This document shows, piece by piece, positions 26,804 to 37,614 of a DNA stretch of 64,000 nucleotides (position 1 is the first letter of the stretch; the number at the start of each line of letters is the position of its first letter). Under the pieces are notes generated by a model. The model had not been told where the DNA came from, ran no database searches, and was given only the letters and a program-made list of their open reading frames with translations. The stretch is taken from positions 3,967 through 67,966 of the IMG/VR virus record IMGVR_UViG_3300032294_001984; one strand, written 5' to 3'. This DNA is from a virus. The translations under genes were made by a program, and so were the position numbers.

Positions 26804-26854
26804 ATTATTATTTTAATAGTTGATTTTTTGGTCAAATAGTGTATATTTATTTAT

Positions 26855-27547
26855 ATGAGAAAAATAGAATTAACAGAATTACAAGTTAGTGAAATTATAA
26901 AACTTTACACTGAAGAATTATTAGGGTCCCCTACTATTAGCGAAAAATTAAAAATACATAAAACAATTATTCTAAATACATTAAGGGATAATGGTATTGT
27001 TCTTGGTTCATCTGGTAGAAGAAATATTGGAGGTAGAGAAGTTGCCACAAAAAAATATGAGTCAAAACCTGAAACAAAAAAAAGAAAAAGTGAAAACCAC
27101 AAAAAATGGTCTGAAAAAAATAGAGACCATCTAAATGAATACCATCAAAAATGGAGAGAAAAAAATATTGATAAACATAGGGAGTATAAACGTAAGTATG
27201 AAAAACATCGTAAAGATACTGACCCCCTCTATAAGCTAATCAGTAATTTCAGAACTGCAATATATCAGGTATTAAAAGAGAACCGGGTCGATAAGAATCA
27301 ATCATATTTTGATGTGTTACAATACACTCCTGAACAATTAATAGTTCATTTGGAAAAACAATTTACCGAAGGAATAACATGGGAAAATTATGGTGAATGG
27401 CATGTTGACCATAAACAACCTATCTCGTCATTTAATATCCAAGAAATGGGTGATAGTGAATTTATGAAATGTTGGTCATTAGAAAACCTGCAACCAATGT
27501 GGGGAGAAGAAAATATTAGAAAATCAAATAAAATTTTTAATAATTAA
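26855..27547 (+). CDS. HNH-type (homing) endonuclease
   Basis: WHVDH...ENLQPMWGEENIRKSNK, with a basic N-terminal DNA-binding region. Confidence 0.8.
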   Translation: MRKIELTELQVSEIIKLYTEELLGSPTISEKLKIHKTIILNTLRDNGIVLGSSGRRNIGGREVATKKYESKPETKKRKSENHKKWSEKNRDHLNEYHQKWREKNIDKHREYKRKYEKHRKDTDPLYKLISNFRTAIYQVLKENRVDKNQSYFDVLQYTPEQLIVHLEKQFTEGITWENYGEWHVDHKQPISSFNIQEMGDSEFMKCWSLENLQPMWGEENIRKSNKIFNN

Positions 27548-27586
27548 AAAAATTATATTATCTTTGTATTCTAAATCGTAATCATC

Positions 27587-28036
27587 ATGAAAAAAATATT
27601 AATCCTCGTTTCTTTTTTGACACTAACTACATTATCACTACACTCTCAAACATACTCATTTGTATTGGATACAATTCAACCTTTCAAATGCCCATCAAAT
27701 TTGAGTGTTAATGAAGCCGCAAGACTCAACAAGTTCAAATATTTTGAACTTTATGTTTTTCCAAAAAATGTTTGGAAAATAGACTTGGAAAAGAAAACTT
27801 TTATTGTTGGTAAGAAAACTATTAAAATAGTTAAGGGTGGGTATGATAATAAAGATGGATGGGTATATATTGAATTTATTGACCCAAACAATAATCAACA
27901 TAGATTAGGTATTGGGAATGAAAAAGGAACCAATAAGAAAATTGTTATTGTTACTGCCTTGGATGATGATATTACAATTCAGAAAGGTTATTTTGGGTAT
28001 CCTATGAATTATACTATTAATCCTTCATCCCGATAG
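27587..28036 (+). CDS. Hypothetical secreted protein
   Basis: Signal peptide MKKILILVSFLTLTTLSLHSQ, and TATCTTTG upstream. Confidence 0.7.
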   Translation: MKKILILVSFLTLTTLSLHSQTYSFVLDTIQPFKCPSNLSVNEAARLNKFKYFELYVFPKNVWKIDLEKKTFIVGKKTIKIVKGGYDNKDGWVYIEFIDPNNNQHRLGIGNEKGTNKKIVIVTALDDDITIQKGYFGYPMNYTINPSSR

Positions 28037-28574
28037 CTTTCCTTCTTGAGGAGATTACCTTACTGACAAATTTTTTAAATTCAGGTAAGGTTCCTATTAT
28101 AGGTAAAGTATTCTCAAGGGTCGACATCCAATTTGAGTCTAACTTATCTCCCATAACTTTAACGCCATCTAATTTGGCAAAATCATAACTTTTACCAAAC
28201 AAGTAACCATTGTAACCCTCATTTGCTGCGGCAGTGAGTGAGGATTTAACTGCATTTAAAAATTGTTTGAACACTTCCACATTTCCTTTTCCTGCAGTTT
28301 CTAATGATTTTGGGTCAAATAAACGTGGAATCCCGTAAGTTTTACTAATATATTCTTGAATTTCAGGGTAACTGCTTCCCTGATACCATTGTAAATATTT
28401 GGGCATTAGTTCCTTACTAACTTGTTGGAACTTAAAAGTTTTTCCTACGTCTTTTATTCGTTCTTGATACTTGTCTGTACTGGTAACTGGGCTCGATGGG
28501 TCATTTTGTTCATTAACAATTCTTTTAACGATATTAATTAAGTCATTTTCACTTAAACGTATTACTTTTTTCAT
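28017..28574 (-). CDS. Hypothetical protein (putative internal head protein)
   Basis: N-terminal MKKVIRLSENDLINIVKRIVNEQ motif shared with ORF 30443..30907. Confidence 0.7.
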   Translation of the reverse strand: MKKVIRLSENDLINIVKRIVNEQNDPSSPVTSTDKYQERIKDVGKTFKFQQVSKELMPKYLQWYQGSSYPEIQEYISKTYGIPRLFDPKSLETAGKGNVEVFKQFLNAVKSSLTAAANEGYNGYLFGKSYDFAKLDGVKVMGDKLDSNWMSTLENTLPIIGTLPEFKKFVSKVISSRRKAIGMKD

Positions 28575-28606
28575 TTTTGGTTTTTTATATAAATATCATG
28601 TTTATT

Positions 28607-28639
28607 AAAAAAAGAGTCCCGTGAGACTCTTTTTTTTTT
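28607..28639. terminator. Intrinsic terminator, possibly bidirectional
   Basis: AAAGAGTC/GACTCTTT stem flanked by A- and T-tracts. Confidence 0.7.
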
Positions 28640-28844
28640 ATTTTAATACTCTAAGTGATTTTGAAACTATTTCAGCTTCTGTAAGGGAATATAATCCATT
28701 TCTATAAGCCATTTGAACCGCTCTAATTAACATAAACTTTGCCTGCTCCTCAGTTAAGTTGTCAATTAAATTTTCAATATCTTCAGGTTTGTATATTGCA
28801 ACCTCTTCAAATAGATAAGCAATTGGTTGTTTCTCTTGTTCCAT
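28638..28844 (-). CDS. Hypothetical protein
   Basis: 68-aa ORF with plausible composition. Confidence 0.65.
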   Translation of the reverse strand: MEQEKQPIAYLFEEVAIYKPEDIENLIDNLTEEQAKFMLIRAVQMAYRNGLYSLTEAEIVSKSLRVLK

Positions 28845-28875
28845 AATGTAATATCAATATATTTATAATAAGTAT

Positions 28876-29565
28876 ATGAAAAGAAATAGTATTAGTGAAG
28901 CAACTGGGTCAGGAAACGCTGGAAATTTTAAAGTTCCTATTGTTTTGGTACCCCAAGATTGGAACGAGAAACAATTGGGTCCTTTTAGTGAACCTGTCTA
29001 TCATTATATAAATGCTGAATTGGCATACGAAGAAGCTGACGGAGATTTCAAAGAAACTCCAAGTCAAAGAGAAAAGATTGAGAAGAAAACTAAATTATTA
29101 TCCAAAGTTAGTATGTATTTGAAAAAATTTTATACCGGTCAAAATGATGAAGAAGGTAGTGATATTGCCAGTATAGAATCTCCGGACGATATTATTCATA
29201 AGGTAGTTGGTCCACTAAAAGAAGATTTGGCGGTATGGTTCGGAACGAAAAAGAAACCAAAAGGTAGTAAACAACCAAAAGGTCCTTGGGTAAATATTTG
29301 CAGAAAAAAAGAAGGTGGGGGACATCCACCATGTGGTAGACCTGAGGCAGATTCAAAAGGTTATCCTAAATGTAGAGCTGCAGGTGTTGCGTCTAAAATG
29401 ACGGATGCTCAAAAAAAATCTGCATGTGCTCAAAAAAGAAGAGAAGAGAAAAAAGACCCTAAGACAGGAAAAGGTAACAAGCCAACTATGGTATCGTACA
29501 AACCAAGAAATGAATCTCTACGAGAAATCATCATACAAGTCTTAAACGAGGTTAAAAATTCTTAA
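28876..29565 (+). CDS. Hypothetical protein with a basic Cys-rich domain
   Basis: EDLAVWF...GPWV...HPPCGR...YPKCR. Confidence 0.75.
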   Translation: MKRNSISEATGSGNAGNFKVPIVLVPQDWNEKQLGPFSEPVYHYINAELAYEEADGDFKETPSQREKIEKKTKLLSKVSMYLKKFYTGQNDEEGSDIASIESPDDIIHKVVGPLKEDLAVWFGTKKKPKGSKQPKGPWVNICRKKEGGGHPPCGRPEADSKGYPKCRAAGVASKMTDAQKKSACAQKRREEKKDPKTGKGNKPTMVSYKPRNESLREIIIQVLNEVKNS

Positions 29566-29972
29566 CCTACACTATCTCTAACCAATTCTGTTTTATTAGT
29601 TCTAATTGAAGATGTGTCATTGTCAGACATATCTACTTTAATAATTTTCTTAGGGTTGCTCTCAATCATAGGTATAATAGTTTTCTTAGGACTACTCTCA
29701 ACCATAGGTATAATAGATATTTTTGGTTGACTATCTACTTTAGTATATTTCTCAATAACCTCGAATTTTGTAGTGTCAGGTTCAAGAGTAAATGTCGACG
29801 TAGTTTCACAACTACTATCTTGTTGTTCTGTTTTGATTTTATTAATAGCGTCATTTACTTTTGGTCTAACATAATTGTAAATGTTAAACATTAATGATAT
29901 CATTAGTAAAATAACCACCACAACCATTAATGTACCAACATATAATGTGGATTTAAATGCCTTATTTTTCAT
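29562..29972 (-). CDS. Hypothetical membrane-anchored protein
   Basis: N-terminal transmembrane segment and a 12-aa tandem duplication (IIPMVESSPKKT/IIPMIESNPKKI). Confidence 0.65.
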   Translation of the reverse strand: MKNKAFKSTLYVGTLMVVVVILLMISLMFNIYNYVRPKVNDAINKIKTEQQDSSCETTSTFTLEPDTTKFEVIEKYTKVDSQPKISIIPMVESSPKKTIIPMIESNPKKIIKVDMSDNDTSSIRTNKTELVRDSVG

Positions 29973-30376
29973 TATAGTTTAGTTAAAATATTTTTTAAAG
30001 AATGTTGAATATTTGATGTTATTTCTCTTTCGAATTCAATTCTTCGTCTTTCAACTTCATTATTGAAATGACTTGTTAAGAATTCCCAAGATTTATCACT
30101 TAATAGAACATTGTAAGAATAAATATGATTAATTACTTGGACATTGTTCGAATCTAAAATAACAAATATGTCATTTTCTTCATTTCTAATATATTTCTTA
30201 TTAGAAATAGGTGTCGTCAGAAGAATAGAATCATCTTTGTTAATCAATTTTTTACAAATTGATATACATTCAGATTCATATATTGTTTTTTGGTTATTTT
30301 GATATTGAAGCGCTCTAAATAATGATATGTATTTCTTTTGAATTTTTCTTTTTAGTTTGTGAACTAAGTCTGTCAT
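29972..30376 (-). CDS. Hypothetical protein
   Basis: 134-aa ORF with TATCTTTG upstream on the minus strand. Confidence 0.7.
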   Translation of the reverse strand: MTDLVHKLKRKIQKKYISLFRALQYQNNQKTIYESECISICKKLINKDDSILLTTPISNKKYIRNEENDIFVILDSNNVQVINHIYSYNVLLSDKSWEFLTSHFNNEVERRRIEFEREITSNIQHSLKNILTKL

Positions 30377-30442
30377 AATATCTGTAAATTATTTTTTACA
30401 AAGATAAACAAAAATATAGAAATAAAAAATGTTTTTTAAAAA

Positions 30443-30907
30443 TTAACAATACGGTGATGAACATTTTTTCTTTCCATCTAGTCCTGGTTTTGTTCCTTTA
30501 CATACTTGAACACCATAACCATTACTATAAGCTGAGGGGTGAACTTTAAATTTTCCTTTAGCAGCAGCTAATCCTCTAGCACAAAGTTTTGTTCCCGTTT
30601 TTTTTCTACCTTCGTAAATGTCTTCGTATTCCGCTTCTTCGATTTCCATCTCATTTTTTAAAAAATCAAATACTTGGTCCATATTCGTTTTAGCTTCTGA
30701 AATATGGTCGTCAGCCCAATCATGACCATTTTGAATAATTTCATTAATTTTTTCAGGGTCCATGTCTAACATCATTTCGATTTGTCTTTTCATTTGTTGT
30801 AAATTTGAAAAGAACATATAATTTGCAAGTTCAACCTCCTGTTCGATAAGAACTTTTTTTACGATTCGGTTTAAATCTGATTCTGTTAATTTTACTATTT
30901 GTTTCAT
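30443..30907 (-). CDS. Hypothetical protein (putative internal head protein)
   Basis: MKQIVKLTESDLNRIVKKVLIEQ N-terminus and a basic Cys-rich C-terminus (KFKVHPSAYSNG). Confidence 0.7.
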   Translation of the reverse strand: MKQIVKLTESDLNRIVKKVLIEQEVELANYMFFSNLQQMKRQIEMMLDMDPEKINEIIQNGHDWADDHISEAKTNMDQVFDFLKNEMEIEEAEYEDIYEGRKKTGTKLCARGLAAAKGKFKVHPSAYSNGYGVQVCKGTKPGLDGKKKCSSPYC

Positions 30908-30908
30908 A

Positions 30909-32426
30909 TTATGTAGTATAATTTTGTTTTTTATTAACTATGTTAAATGTTAATTGTCTCTTATAAGTATCTTTCTCTCCCGAAGTATTCACCTGAATAT
31001 CAACATAATATTGATTTGGTATTTTATCTCTCATATCAAATATGAAATAATACTCATTTGGAGTTCGGTTAATCGGAGTCCAATCTTGGACTAAAACTTC
31101 GGTAGTTCCTTCCTTCACATACACTCGATAAAATGCCGAAACATTTTCTAAAGGAGCTTGTCCGGTATAAGCCTTTTTAATTGTAACCCCAACCTTTCTA
31201 ATGTCGGTATTAATAATTTGTTCATTTTGTAATATACCATAAAAATCAAACCCGTATTTTGATGGTTCTTTTGATTTGGAACCTATTTGTATTCCTGCAG
31301 TATATTGTTGTAATGTGAATTGATTTGTTACATTTGGAAGTGATTGTCCGTTAATTGTTAACCCTGACCACACATCATAGTATTGACAAGGTGTTGGAGA
31401 CCCTGAAAATCCATTTGGAACTATTACTTCATAAATCCCTTTTGTTCTCAAACAAGTTGACAATGTTGCCATTCCTGTAACCGCATTTCCATTTCGGTCT
31501 TCAATTCTAACAACAGGATTCGAATCTAAATTCGCAAAATCACCATTTTGATAAATGTATAGATATAATTTATTTTGTTGACTCTTTAGAAATAAATTTC
31601 TATCATCAGTAACTAAATCATTATATGTTGTCTGTAAGAATGGTTGATAAAATGTTTGAGTGTGTCTTGAAAAGAAGGCAACACTATAACTATCGGTAAG
31701 ACCTGTTATATTTTCTATTTGAGGTAAGTAGGCAATTCCCCACCCTGTAACTCCGGTTATTGTCCCATTTAGGATTCCGTTTATTTCATTGGTCATATCC
31801 ATCTCAAGATTTTCGTTCCCTAATTCAAAATGTTGTCTATCAATAATTGTTAGACCTGAAAAATTTACAAGACCTTGATTTTTATTATTGTAAAGTCCGG
31901 GTTCAGACCAATTACTTATTGTGGTTGACCCACTCCAATTTGATGGTCGAGTTGAATATGCTCTACTATCAACATAAGTTAACGGAGTTGACCCACCAGA
32001 TGGTGTATTTTGAGCAATATTAAAATCGGTGTAATCATAACCGACACCTTCATCCCAAAGTTGAGGATTCCCTGTACTTCCTGATGTTTTTGGAATTCTA
32101 AATAAAATCAAATCAAATGAAGTTGCTCGTCTTCTTTCATTTGACATAAATGTATTTAACAATTCATTATCAAATGATGAAGTATTTGTCATGAATAGAG
32201 AGTGAGTCATCCCTGTTGTGCATCCCGTGGATATAACTCCTGACGCGATATTTTCTCGTAATAAATCTAAATCTAAATCGAATAAAAAACGGGTGAATCC
32301 ATAATTTGGAACAACAAAGTTTGACGCTCCAAAATTCAACTCAATAACAGGGTTTCTTCCTGTATTAACCAATGAATTTGATATGATTGTATTATTCTTA
32401 TCTATGTATGACCTTAAAATTGACAT
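30909..32426 (-). CDS. Putative virion structural protein
   Basis: 505 aa, rich in T/G/N/S beta-type sequence, next to the baseplate-hub-like gene. Confidence 0.6.
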   Translation of the reverse strand: MSILRSYIDKNNTIISNSLVNTGRNPVIELNFGASNFVVPNYGFTRFLFDLDLDLLRENIASGVISTGCTTGMTHSLFMTNTSSFDNELLNTFMSNERRRATSFDLILFRIPKTSGSTGNPQLWDEGVGYDYTDFNIAQNTPSGGSTPLTYVDSRAYSTRPSNWSGSTTISNWSEPGLYNNKNQGLVNFSGLTIIDRQHFELGNENLEMDMTNEINGILNGTITGVTGWGIAYLPQIENITGLTDSYSVAFFSRHTQTFYQPFLQTTYNDLVTDDRNLFLKSQQNKLYLYIYQNGDFANLDSNPVVRIEDRNGNAVTGMATLSTCLRTKGIYEVIVPNGFSGSPTPCQYYDVWSGLTINGQSLPNVTNQFTLQQYTAGIQIGSKSKEPSKYGFDFYGILQNEQIINTDIRKVGVTIKKAYTGQAPLENVSAFYRVYVKEGTTEVLVQDWTPINRTPNEYYFIFDMRDKIPNQYYVDIQVNTSGEKDTYKRQLTFNIVNKKQNYTT

Positions 32427-32445
32427 TAATTTTTATTTATAAATA

Positions 32446-34257
32446 TCAATTAAGTCGAATATTGTTATTAAGAATTTTTGTTGCCGCGTTTTGTAGCTCA
32501 GTTAACATATCTGCAATGTTGGAACCATCTTGGGTTACAGACACTGGAGGTAGTCCAGGATATGCGTGAGTATGAGTTACAAGGAATCTGACAATCATAT
32601 TAATTAATTCTAAAAGTTCCTCTCCTCTAACCAAACTTGAAGTTTTTGGTAATATTTCATCGACAAATTGGTCTAAACTAATCCCATATAATGTATCGTC
32701 AAAATTAATTTTACCTTTTCCGGGGATTGATGAATTGTGAGATAATAAATACAAATTATCACTTGCTAATGCCCCGTATGTTGTTGGTCTATTTCGATAT
32801 GATGATTTCGGCACTGTTGTTGTTTTTGTATTAATAGGGGTACCAACTTTACCTTGAGTATAAATTAACCCATAACCCGGAATTTTAAGAGCGGGTAATA
32901 ATTTAATTTGATTATAAATTTCTGTAATATTTTTAAATGATTCTGTTGATTCTGCAACATTTATTGTTGTCGGGGCAATTATTGTTGTGCCGTTTAATTG
33001 GTTAATATTAGGTAGTAAAACATTCTCAATATTTTGAGATATCAATTTAGTAGTCACTTGATTAACAACGTTTTGATAAACTTCATCTAATGCACTTTGA
33101 AGACCATTTGAGGTCTCATTTGCGACAACTATACCTGTATTAATATCAATAACTTGTATGTTTATATCACAAATTATTGGTAAAAGTTGGGTACAAGTAT
33201 TAGTACCAATAGAATAATAATTTTGATTATATATTGGTGTTGGAGGTATCGAAGATTTTAAAATATTATATGTTAAATTATTAGGTCTATAAAATATTGG
33301 AAATTTATTATTAGAATCTGTAAATAATTTGATACCCGTCTTTGTTACATTAGAATTATTACACGTTTGAATGAAATTATTAATAAAAGCAACGACTTCT
33401 GATTTCGATAATAAACTAAAAGTTTCCGAGGCAATCAATGATTTCAAATTTTCTTTAATAATACTTCCAACAGTTAAATTCTTTGAGTTTGTGGATATGT
33501 CATTTTTTAAACTATATAAGTAAACAGTACCTGTAAATTTATTTTGGGTATTTTCAGGATTTGTTATTACCCACTCAATTAAATGTTTAACCGAAACAAT
33601 TTGTTCATTAAGTTCTGTAATAATCTTGTTAGGTTGTCTAACTTTTGATAAATTAAATCTTGATAATTGTAAAAATCCTCTTTGAGAGTTACCAACAGGT
33701 GGTATGTTTGGTTCAAGAGATGACCCCTTAAATTTACCGGCTCTAACAAGTATTTCATTTTCTTTAACAACGACATCCGCACTACCACGACCCAAGATTG
33801 CGTTATCTCCTGGTTCAGGAAAAACACCTTTATGAATTGCAGCATCAGTATATGTACCATCTCGGTTTTTTAGGGGTTTTGATGCCGATAATTGAAGTCC
33901 TGTTCCTGTAAGTTTATTTCCCCCAACATAATATTCAAAGTTTGTTGTAGTTGGACTTGAAAAATTATTTTGAACGTAATATTGATTTTGGAATTTAAAA
34001 TCTTTATTAACATACATTACTTGAATTAATTCATCATCTTTCGGGACTTGATATAAGAAATAAGGAATAAGTGGTCCAAAAACGAACGGGTCTCTCGGTC
34101 CCCACCTGTCTTTTTCTTCATTCCAAGGAGGACTTGTAATTGACCTTATAATGTCGTTATAATTGTCTATTAGTAACCTGGCTCTAACCCTACCCAACAT
34201 CAATGGGTCTTGATTATCAAGTACTTGTGCTTGAAAAAAAATTGAATTGTCTACCAT
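32446..34257 (-). CDS. Baseplate hub/spike protein (gp5/VgrG-like)
   Basis: N-terminal OB-fold motif VLDNQDPLMLGRVRAR and a C-terminal HTH (HxH) spike-tip motif. Confidence 0.7.
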   Translation of the reverse strand: MVDNSIFFQAQVLDNQDPLMLGRVRARLLIDNYNDIIRSITSPPWNEEKDRWGPRDPFVFGPLIPYFLYQVPKDDELIQVMYVNKDFKFQNQYYVQNNFSSPTTTNFEYYVGGNKLTGTGLQLSASKPLKNRDGTYTDAAIHKGVFPEPGDNAILGRGSADVVVKENEILVRAGKFKGSSLEPNIPPVGNSQRGFLQLSRFNLSKVRQPNKIITELNEQIVSVKHLIEWVITNPENTQNKFTGTVYLYSLKNDISTNSKNLTVGSIIKENLKSLIASETFSLLSKSEVVAFINNFIQTCNNSNVTKTGIKLFTDSNNKFPIFYRPNNLTYNILKSSIPPTPIYNQNYYSIGTNTCTQLLPIICDINIQVIDINTGIVVANETSNGLQSALDEVYQNVVNQVTTKLISQNIENVLLPNINQLNGTTIIAPTTINVAESTESFKNITEIYNQIKLLPALKIPGYGLIYTQGKVGTPINTKTTTVPKSSYRNRPTTYGALASDNLYLLSHNSSIPGKGKINFDDTLYGISLDQFVDEILPKTSSLVRGEELLELINMIVRFLVTHTHAYPGLPPVSVTQDGSNIADMLTELQNAATKILNNNIRLN

Positions 34258-34460
34258 TATTTTCTTAATTGATATTCATCTAATGATTTATTATATAATT
34301 CTTCCACTTTATCTAAATAAATGGTTAAACTAATGATATTATTTTTAGTTATTTCAAAATCAGTTGTTAATTTATCCATGATTTTGATTAACTCACTATT
34401 AGGTAAATTTTTTATATCACCTAAATCTTTTATTATGCTTTCGAATTCTTCTTTATTCAT
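34257..34460 (-). CDS. Hypothetical protein
   Basis: Preferred start ATG34460 (MNKEEF) directly after the upstream stop codon. Confidence 0.65.
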   Translation of the reverse strand: MNKEEFESIIKDLGDIKNLPNSELIKIMDKLTTDFEITKNNIISLTIYLDKVEELYNKSLDEYQLRK

Positions 34461-34461
34461 A

Positions 34462-36477
34462 TTATACTTTTTTACCTGAAACTTTAAATATTCCAAAAGG
34501 AGTTAGAGTTACACCTTCAACTTTACCATTTTCATCTTCTTCTTTTCCAGCACCTCTATGTGTCATTAAATTATAAACACCCATTAAATTTGCAGACCCA
34601 TCAGGAAGAGGCCCCGTTGGTATACCAACCGATTGTAATAATTCAATAGTATTGATTGTTGACCTTTCAGGTGAAGTCCCGGGTAACAAATCGGTTACAA
34701 GTAACAAAGGTATCGGTATTGGGGTTGTAGGTAATTGTGATATGGCTTGCAAAAGTGAAAGTATATTATCAATTAATGATTTACATTTTCTGTAGTCATC
34801 AACTAATTGGGATACAATTAGAAGTATATTAACCAATCTTAATATTATTCTATATTTTTTTAAAACTTTTGATTTTGTAATATCAAAAATAACAGAACTG
34901 ATTAAGTTTAAAATATCTTTTTTTAATTCTTCATATAAGGCAGATAAAAATAACGCCCCAATTTTTGATATAACTTGAATGTTAAAAGTTTTAAAAACTT
35001 TTAAAAAATCAGTTGGATTATCAACCTGAGTAGAACTTGTGGGAGGTGGTGGGCTGCCAGCAGGTGGATTTAATTGTCCCTCCACAACTTGTAATAATAT
35101 AAAAATTGGAAATAATACTTTAGGACTTAATACTGAGGATGCAACTGCCAATGGTATTTGTTTTAAAATATCTTTGTTAACCGCAATTTCCACATCAACA
35201 CCGGTTAAAAACCCCGACCAATCAGGATTTTGATATATTGTATCTAAAATATTATTAATACTTTTAACTTGTTCTTCAGGTGTTTGAGAATCAACAACTT
35301 CTCTAAATTTATCTAATTCATCCACTAACGTTTCAAAATCGACTGGTAATTTAACATTATCACAACTTTCAAATTCCATAACACCATTTTGGATATTAGA
35401 AATTCGAATATCGATATTTCTTAAATCTTGCTCCGTAAATTCAAAAAATGTGTCATCAACTCCATCTAATTCTGCAACTTTGGCGACACCACTAACATCA
35501 ATCTCTCTCCTACTATCAAAACAAAGACCTAATATCCTTTGGACAATTGTTGAAAATCTACTAGATTGATTAATTTCATTTGAACTTAAATTAGCTTTCA
35601 TACTAATTGCTCCTGAAATAAAGTTTACGAGATTTTCTGCAATATTAACACTATCAACTAATTTAATCGTCGAATAATAATCACTTAAAAATTCTATAAC
35701 TTTGTTAGGGCTATTATTAGGTCTGTTAATTAATTCTACTTTATAACAATCTTGAGTTACCCCATATTGATTCGTAGGACTATACATAAAGTCAAATAAG
35801 TCAGCTCCCGAAGTTCCTTGGTAATATTTCCCATATTCTTTAAAAAATGACCTACCATTATTATTATTTTCCAATCTAAGGTTTAACTCCTTATTCATTG
35901 GAAATGCTGTTGGTCCTGAAAACGGTTTATAAACTCCCGGTTGTGCGTTTGGATTAGGTTTTTCATATGATATTTTACCTAATTTACTATCAACGGGTGA
36001 TTTTAATAACGATGCAAAATCTAAAGATTGTATTGGGACATATATTCCACCATTACTTGTAAGTGTTAACGGATTTTGATTTAGAACCGCAGCGGTCACT
36101 CCCGTAAATGTTTGTTCTTGTGAACAACCTAATGCCTTTATAGATTCTTCAGTGATAATTTTTCTAACCTCCGGTTCTATCTTAACAACTACCTCTAAAA
36201 GTTTTCTTTTTAAATAATTTGTTGTACTTAGTCCACTTCCATTTGTGAGATTAATTAATTCTAAAATTTGGTCAAAAGATGTTTTTTGGTCTCTTAAATA
36301 TCTTTTTTGTTGTTTTGAAATATTTTCTAAACTAGTTGCAATTTTAGGTGCCGATTGAGTAAATGAATTTCCTGCGGAACTCTTTAATTGTTTCGCCGCT
36401 GATGAAATCTCAATAAATGTTTTGATTGAACTTATTTGACTTTTTGCACTATCAAAACTCGCACTTAAATCAGCCAT
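34462..36477 (-). CDS. Hypothetical (probably structural) protein
   Basis: 671-aa ORF in the late operon. Confidence 0.7.
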   Translation of the reverse strand: MADLSASFDSAKSQISSIKTFIEISSAAKQLKSSAGNSFTQSAPKIATSLENISKQQKRYLRDQKTSFDQILELINLTNGSGLSTTNYLKRKLLEVVVKIEPEVRKIITEESIKALGCSQEQTFTGVTAAVLNQNPLTLTSNGGIYVPIQSLDFASLLKSPVDSKLGKISYEKPNPNAQPGVYKPFSGPTAFPMNKELNLRLENNNNGRSFFKEYGKYYQGTSGADLFDFMYSPTNQYGVTQDCYKVELINRPNNSPNKVIEFLSDYYSTIKLVDSVNIAENLVNFISGAISMKANLSSNEINQSSRFSTIVQRILGLCFDSRREIDVSGVAKVAELDGVDDTFFEFTEQDLRNIDIRISNIQNGVMEFESCDNVKLPVDFETLVDELDKFREVVDSQTPEEQVKSINNILDTIYQNPDWSGFLTGVDVEIAVNKDILKQIPLAVASSVLSPKVLFPIFILLQVVEGQLNPPAGSPPPPTSSTQVDNPTDFLKVFKTFNIQVISKIGALFLSALYEELKKDILNLISSVIFDITKSKVLKKYRIILRLVNILLIVSQLVDDYRKCKSLIDNILSLLQAISQLPTTPIPIPLLLVTDLLPGTSPERSTINTIELLQSVGIPTGPLPDGSANLMGVYNLMTHRGAGKEEDENGKVEGVTLTPFGIFKVSGKKV

Positions 36478-36480
36478 ATG

Positions 36481-36849
36481 TTACTTCATTTTATACATTT
36501 CTTCGTCATTTGCAACATCTTTTTCAATTAGATTTTGAATAAGGTCATCATCTAAATCTGCAAGTGAAAATGATTCATTGTTATTGGTATTTGATTTTTC
36601 CCATATACTGGATTGTAATTTTGACAAACTAATCTTTTTTTCAACACAATCATTAACGATTTTTTGTTGTTTCTCAATGACAGGACCTATTTTAGTCATA
36701 TCAGATGGGTCTTTTAACATTGATAACATTTTATTTTGAATTCTTATTGCAGTTTGTCTCTGTTCAACAAGTTCATTGTAAATTTCCTGCATTAATGCTA
36801 AAATGGAGTCTTTAGTAAAATTAATTTCTTTTCTTTGTGGTCTAGGCAT
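36481..36849 (-). CDS. Hypothetical coiled-coil protein
   Basis: 122-aa ORF with TATTTAT 4 nt upstream of the ATG. Confidence 0.7.
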   Translation of the reverse strand: MPRPQRKEINFTKDSILALMQEIYNELVEQRQTAIRIQNKMLSMLKDPSDMTKIGPVIEKQQKIVNDCVEKKISLSKLQSSIWEKSNTNNNESFSLADLDDDLIQNLIEKDVANDEEMYKMK

Positions 36850-36864
36850 ACCTATAAATACTTT

Positions 36865-37614
36865 TTAATCGGTTTTCATTTTATTTTGAATCAAAATATA
36901 TAATTTTTTGAATCTTTTCATAGAACTTCGTATTTCTTTGGTACTAAGATTCGTCATTTCTCTTAATGACAATAAGATAATATTTTTATTAAATTTATTA
37001 TTATCAGCACTGGAAAATATGGTTTCGTAATTTTCAAATAAATCTATTAGGGCATAACCTAATTTTTTTTCATTGTCATTTAGGTTATCACCTTCAATAA
37101 ACAATTTTAATTCATTCGAATATTCACCAATAATTGTACTAGTGTCTGTATACTCTTCATCTATCCTATACGTCATATCAGGGCGTCGCTCAATACTTTC
37201 GGATACATCCTCATATGAAATTTTTCGATTAGTTTCTTTTTGGTCTTTTATTATTTGACCCATCAAATAATTTTTACATATAGTTCCAAAATAAGAATAC
37301 GCCTTCTTTTCTTTTGATGGTTTAAATTTGTCGACCTTAGTCATTAAAAATGAATGAGTGTCACAATGAATTTCTTCAAAGTCCATATCTTTACGATATA
37401 ATTTATATCTTCTTATGATTGAAGATATCATTTTATCTAAGGGTGCTTTTAAAAAGTCATTGTATATTCTATTTTTTTCTTCAGAAGTTTTTGCGATTAA
37501 AAATTCTTTAACCGCATCCTCTTCTCTTGTGTCAAAATAATTTACATTTACGGTTTTCCTACCTCTTTTTTTCGATGAAGTATCTTCCGTTATTGCTGAT
37601 AGGGTATCCTGCAT
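36865..37614 (-). CDS. Late-transcription sigma factor (T4 gp55-like)
   Basis: Sigma region-2-like KFKPSKEKKAYSYFGTICKNYL. Confidence 0.7.
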   Translation of the reverse strand: MQDTLSAITEDTSSKKRGRKTVNVNYFDTREEDAVKEFLIAKTSEEKNRIYNDFLKAPLDKMISSIIRRYKLYRKDMDFEEIHCDTHSFLMTKVDKFKPSKEKKAYSYFGTICKNYLMGQIIKDQKETNRKISYEDVSESIERRPDMTYRIDEEYTDTSTIIGEYSNELKLFIEGDNLNDNEKKLGYALIDLFENYETIFSSADNNKFNKNIILLSLREMTNLSTKEIRSSMKRFKKLYILIQNKMKTD

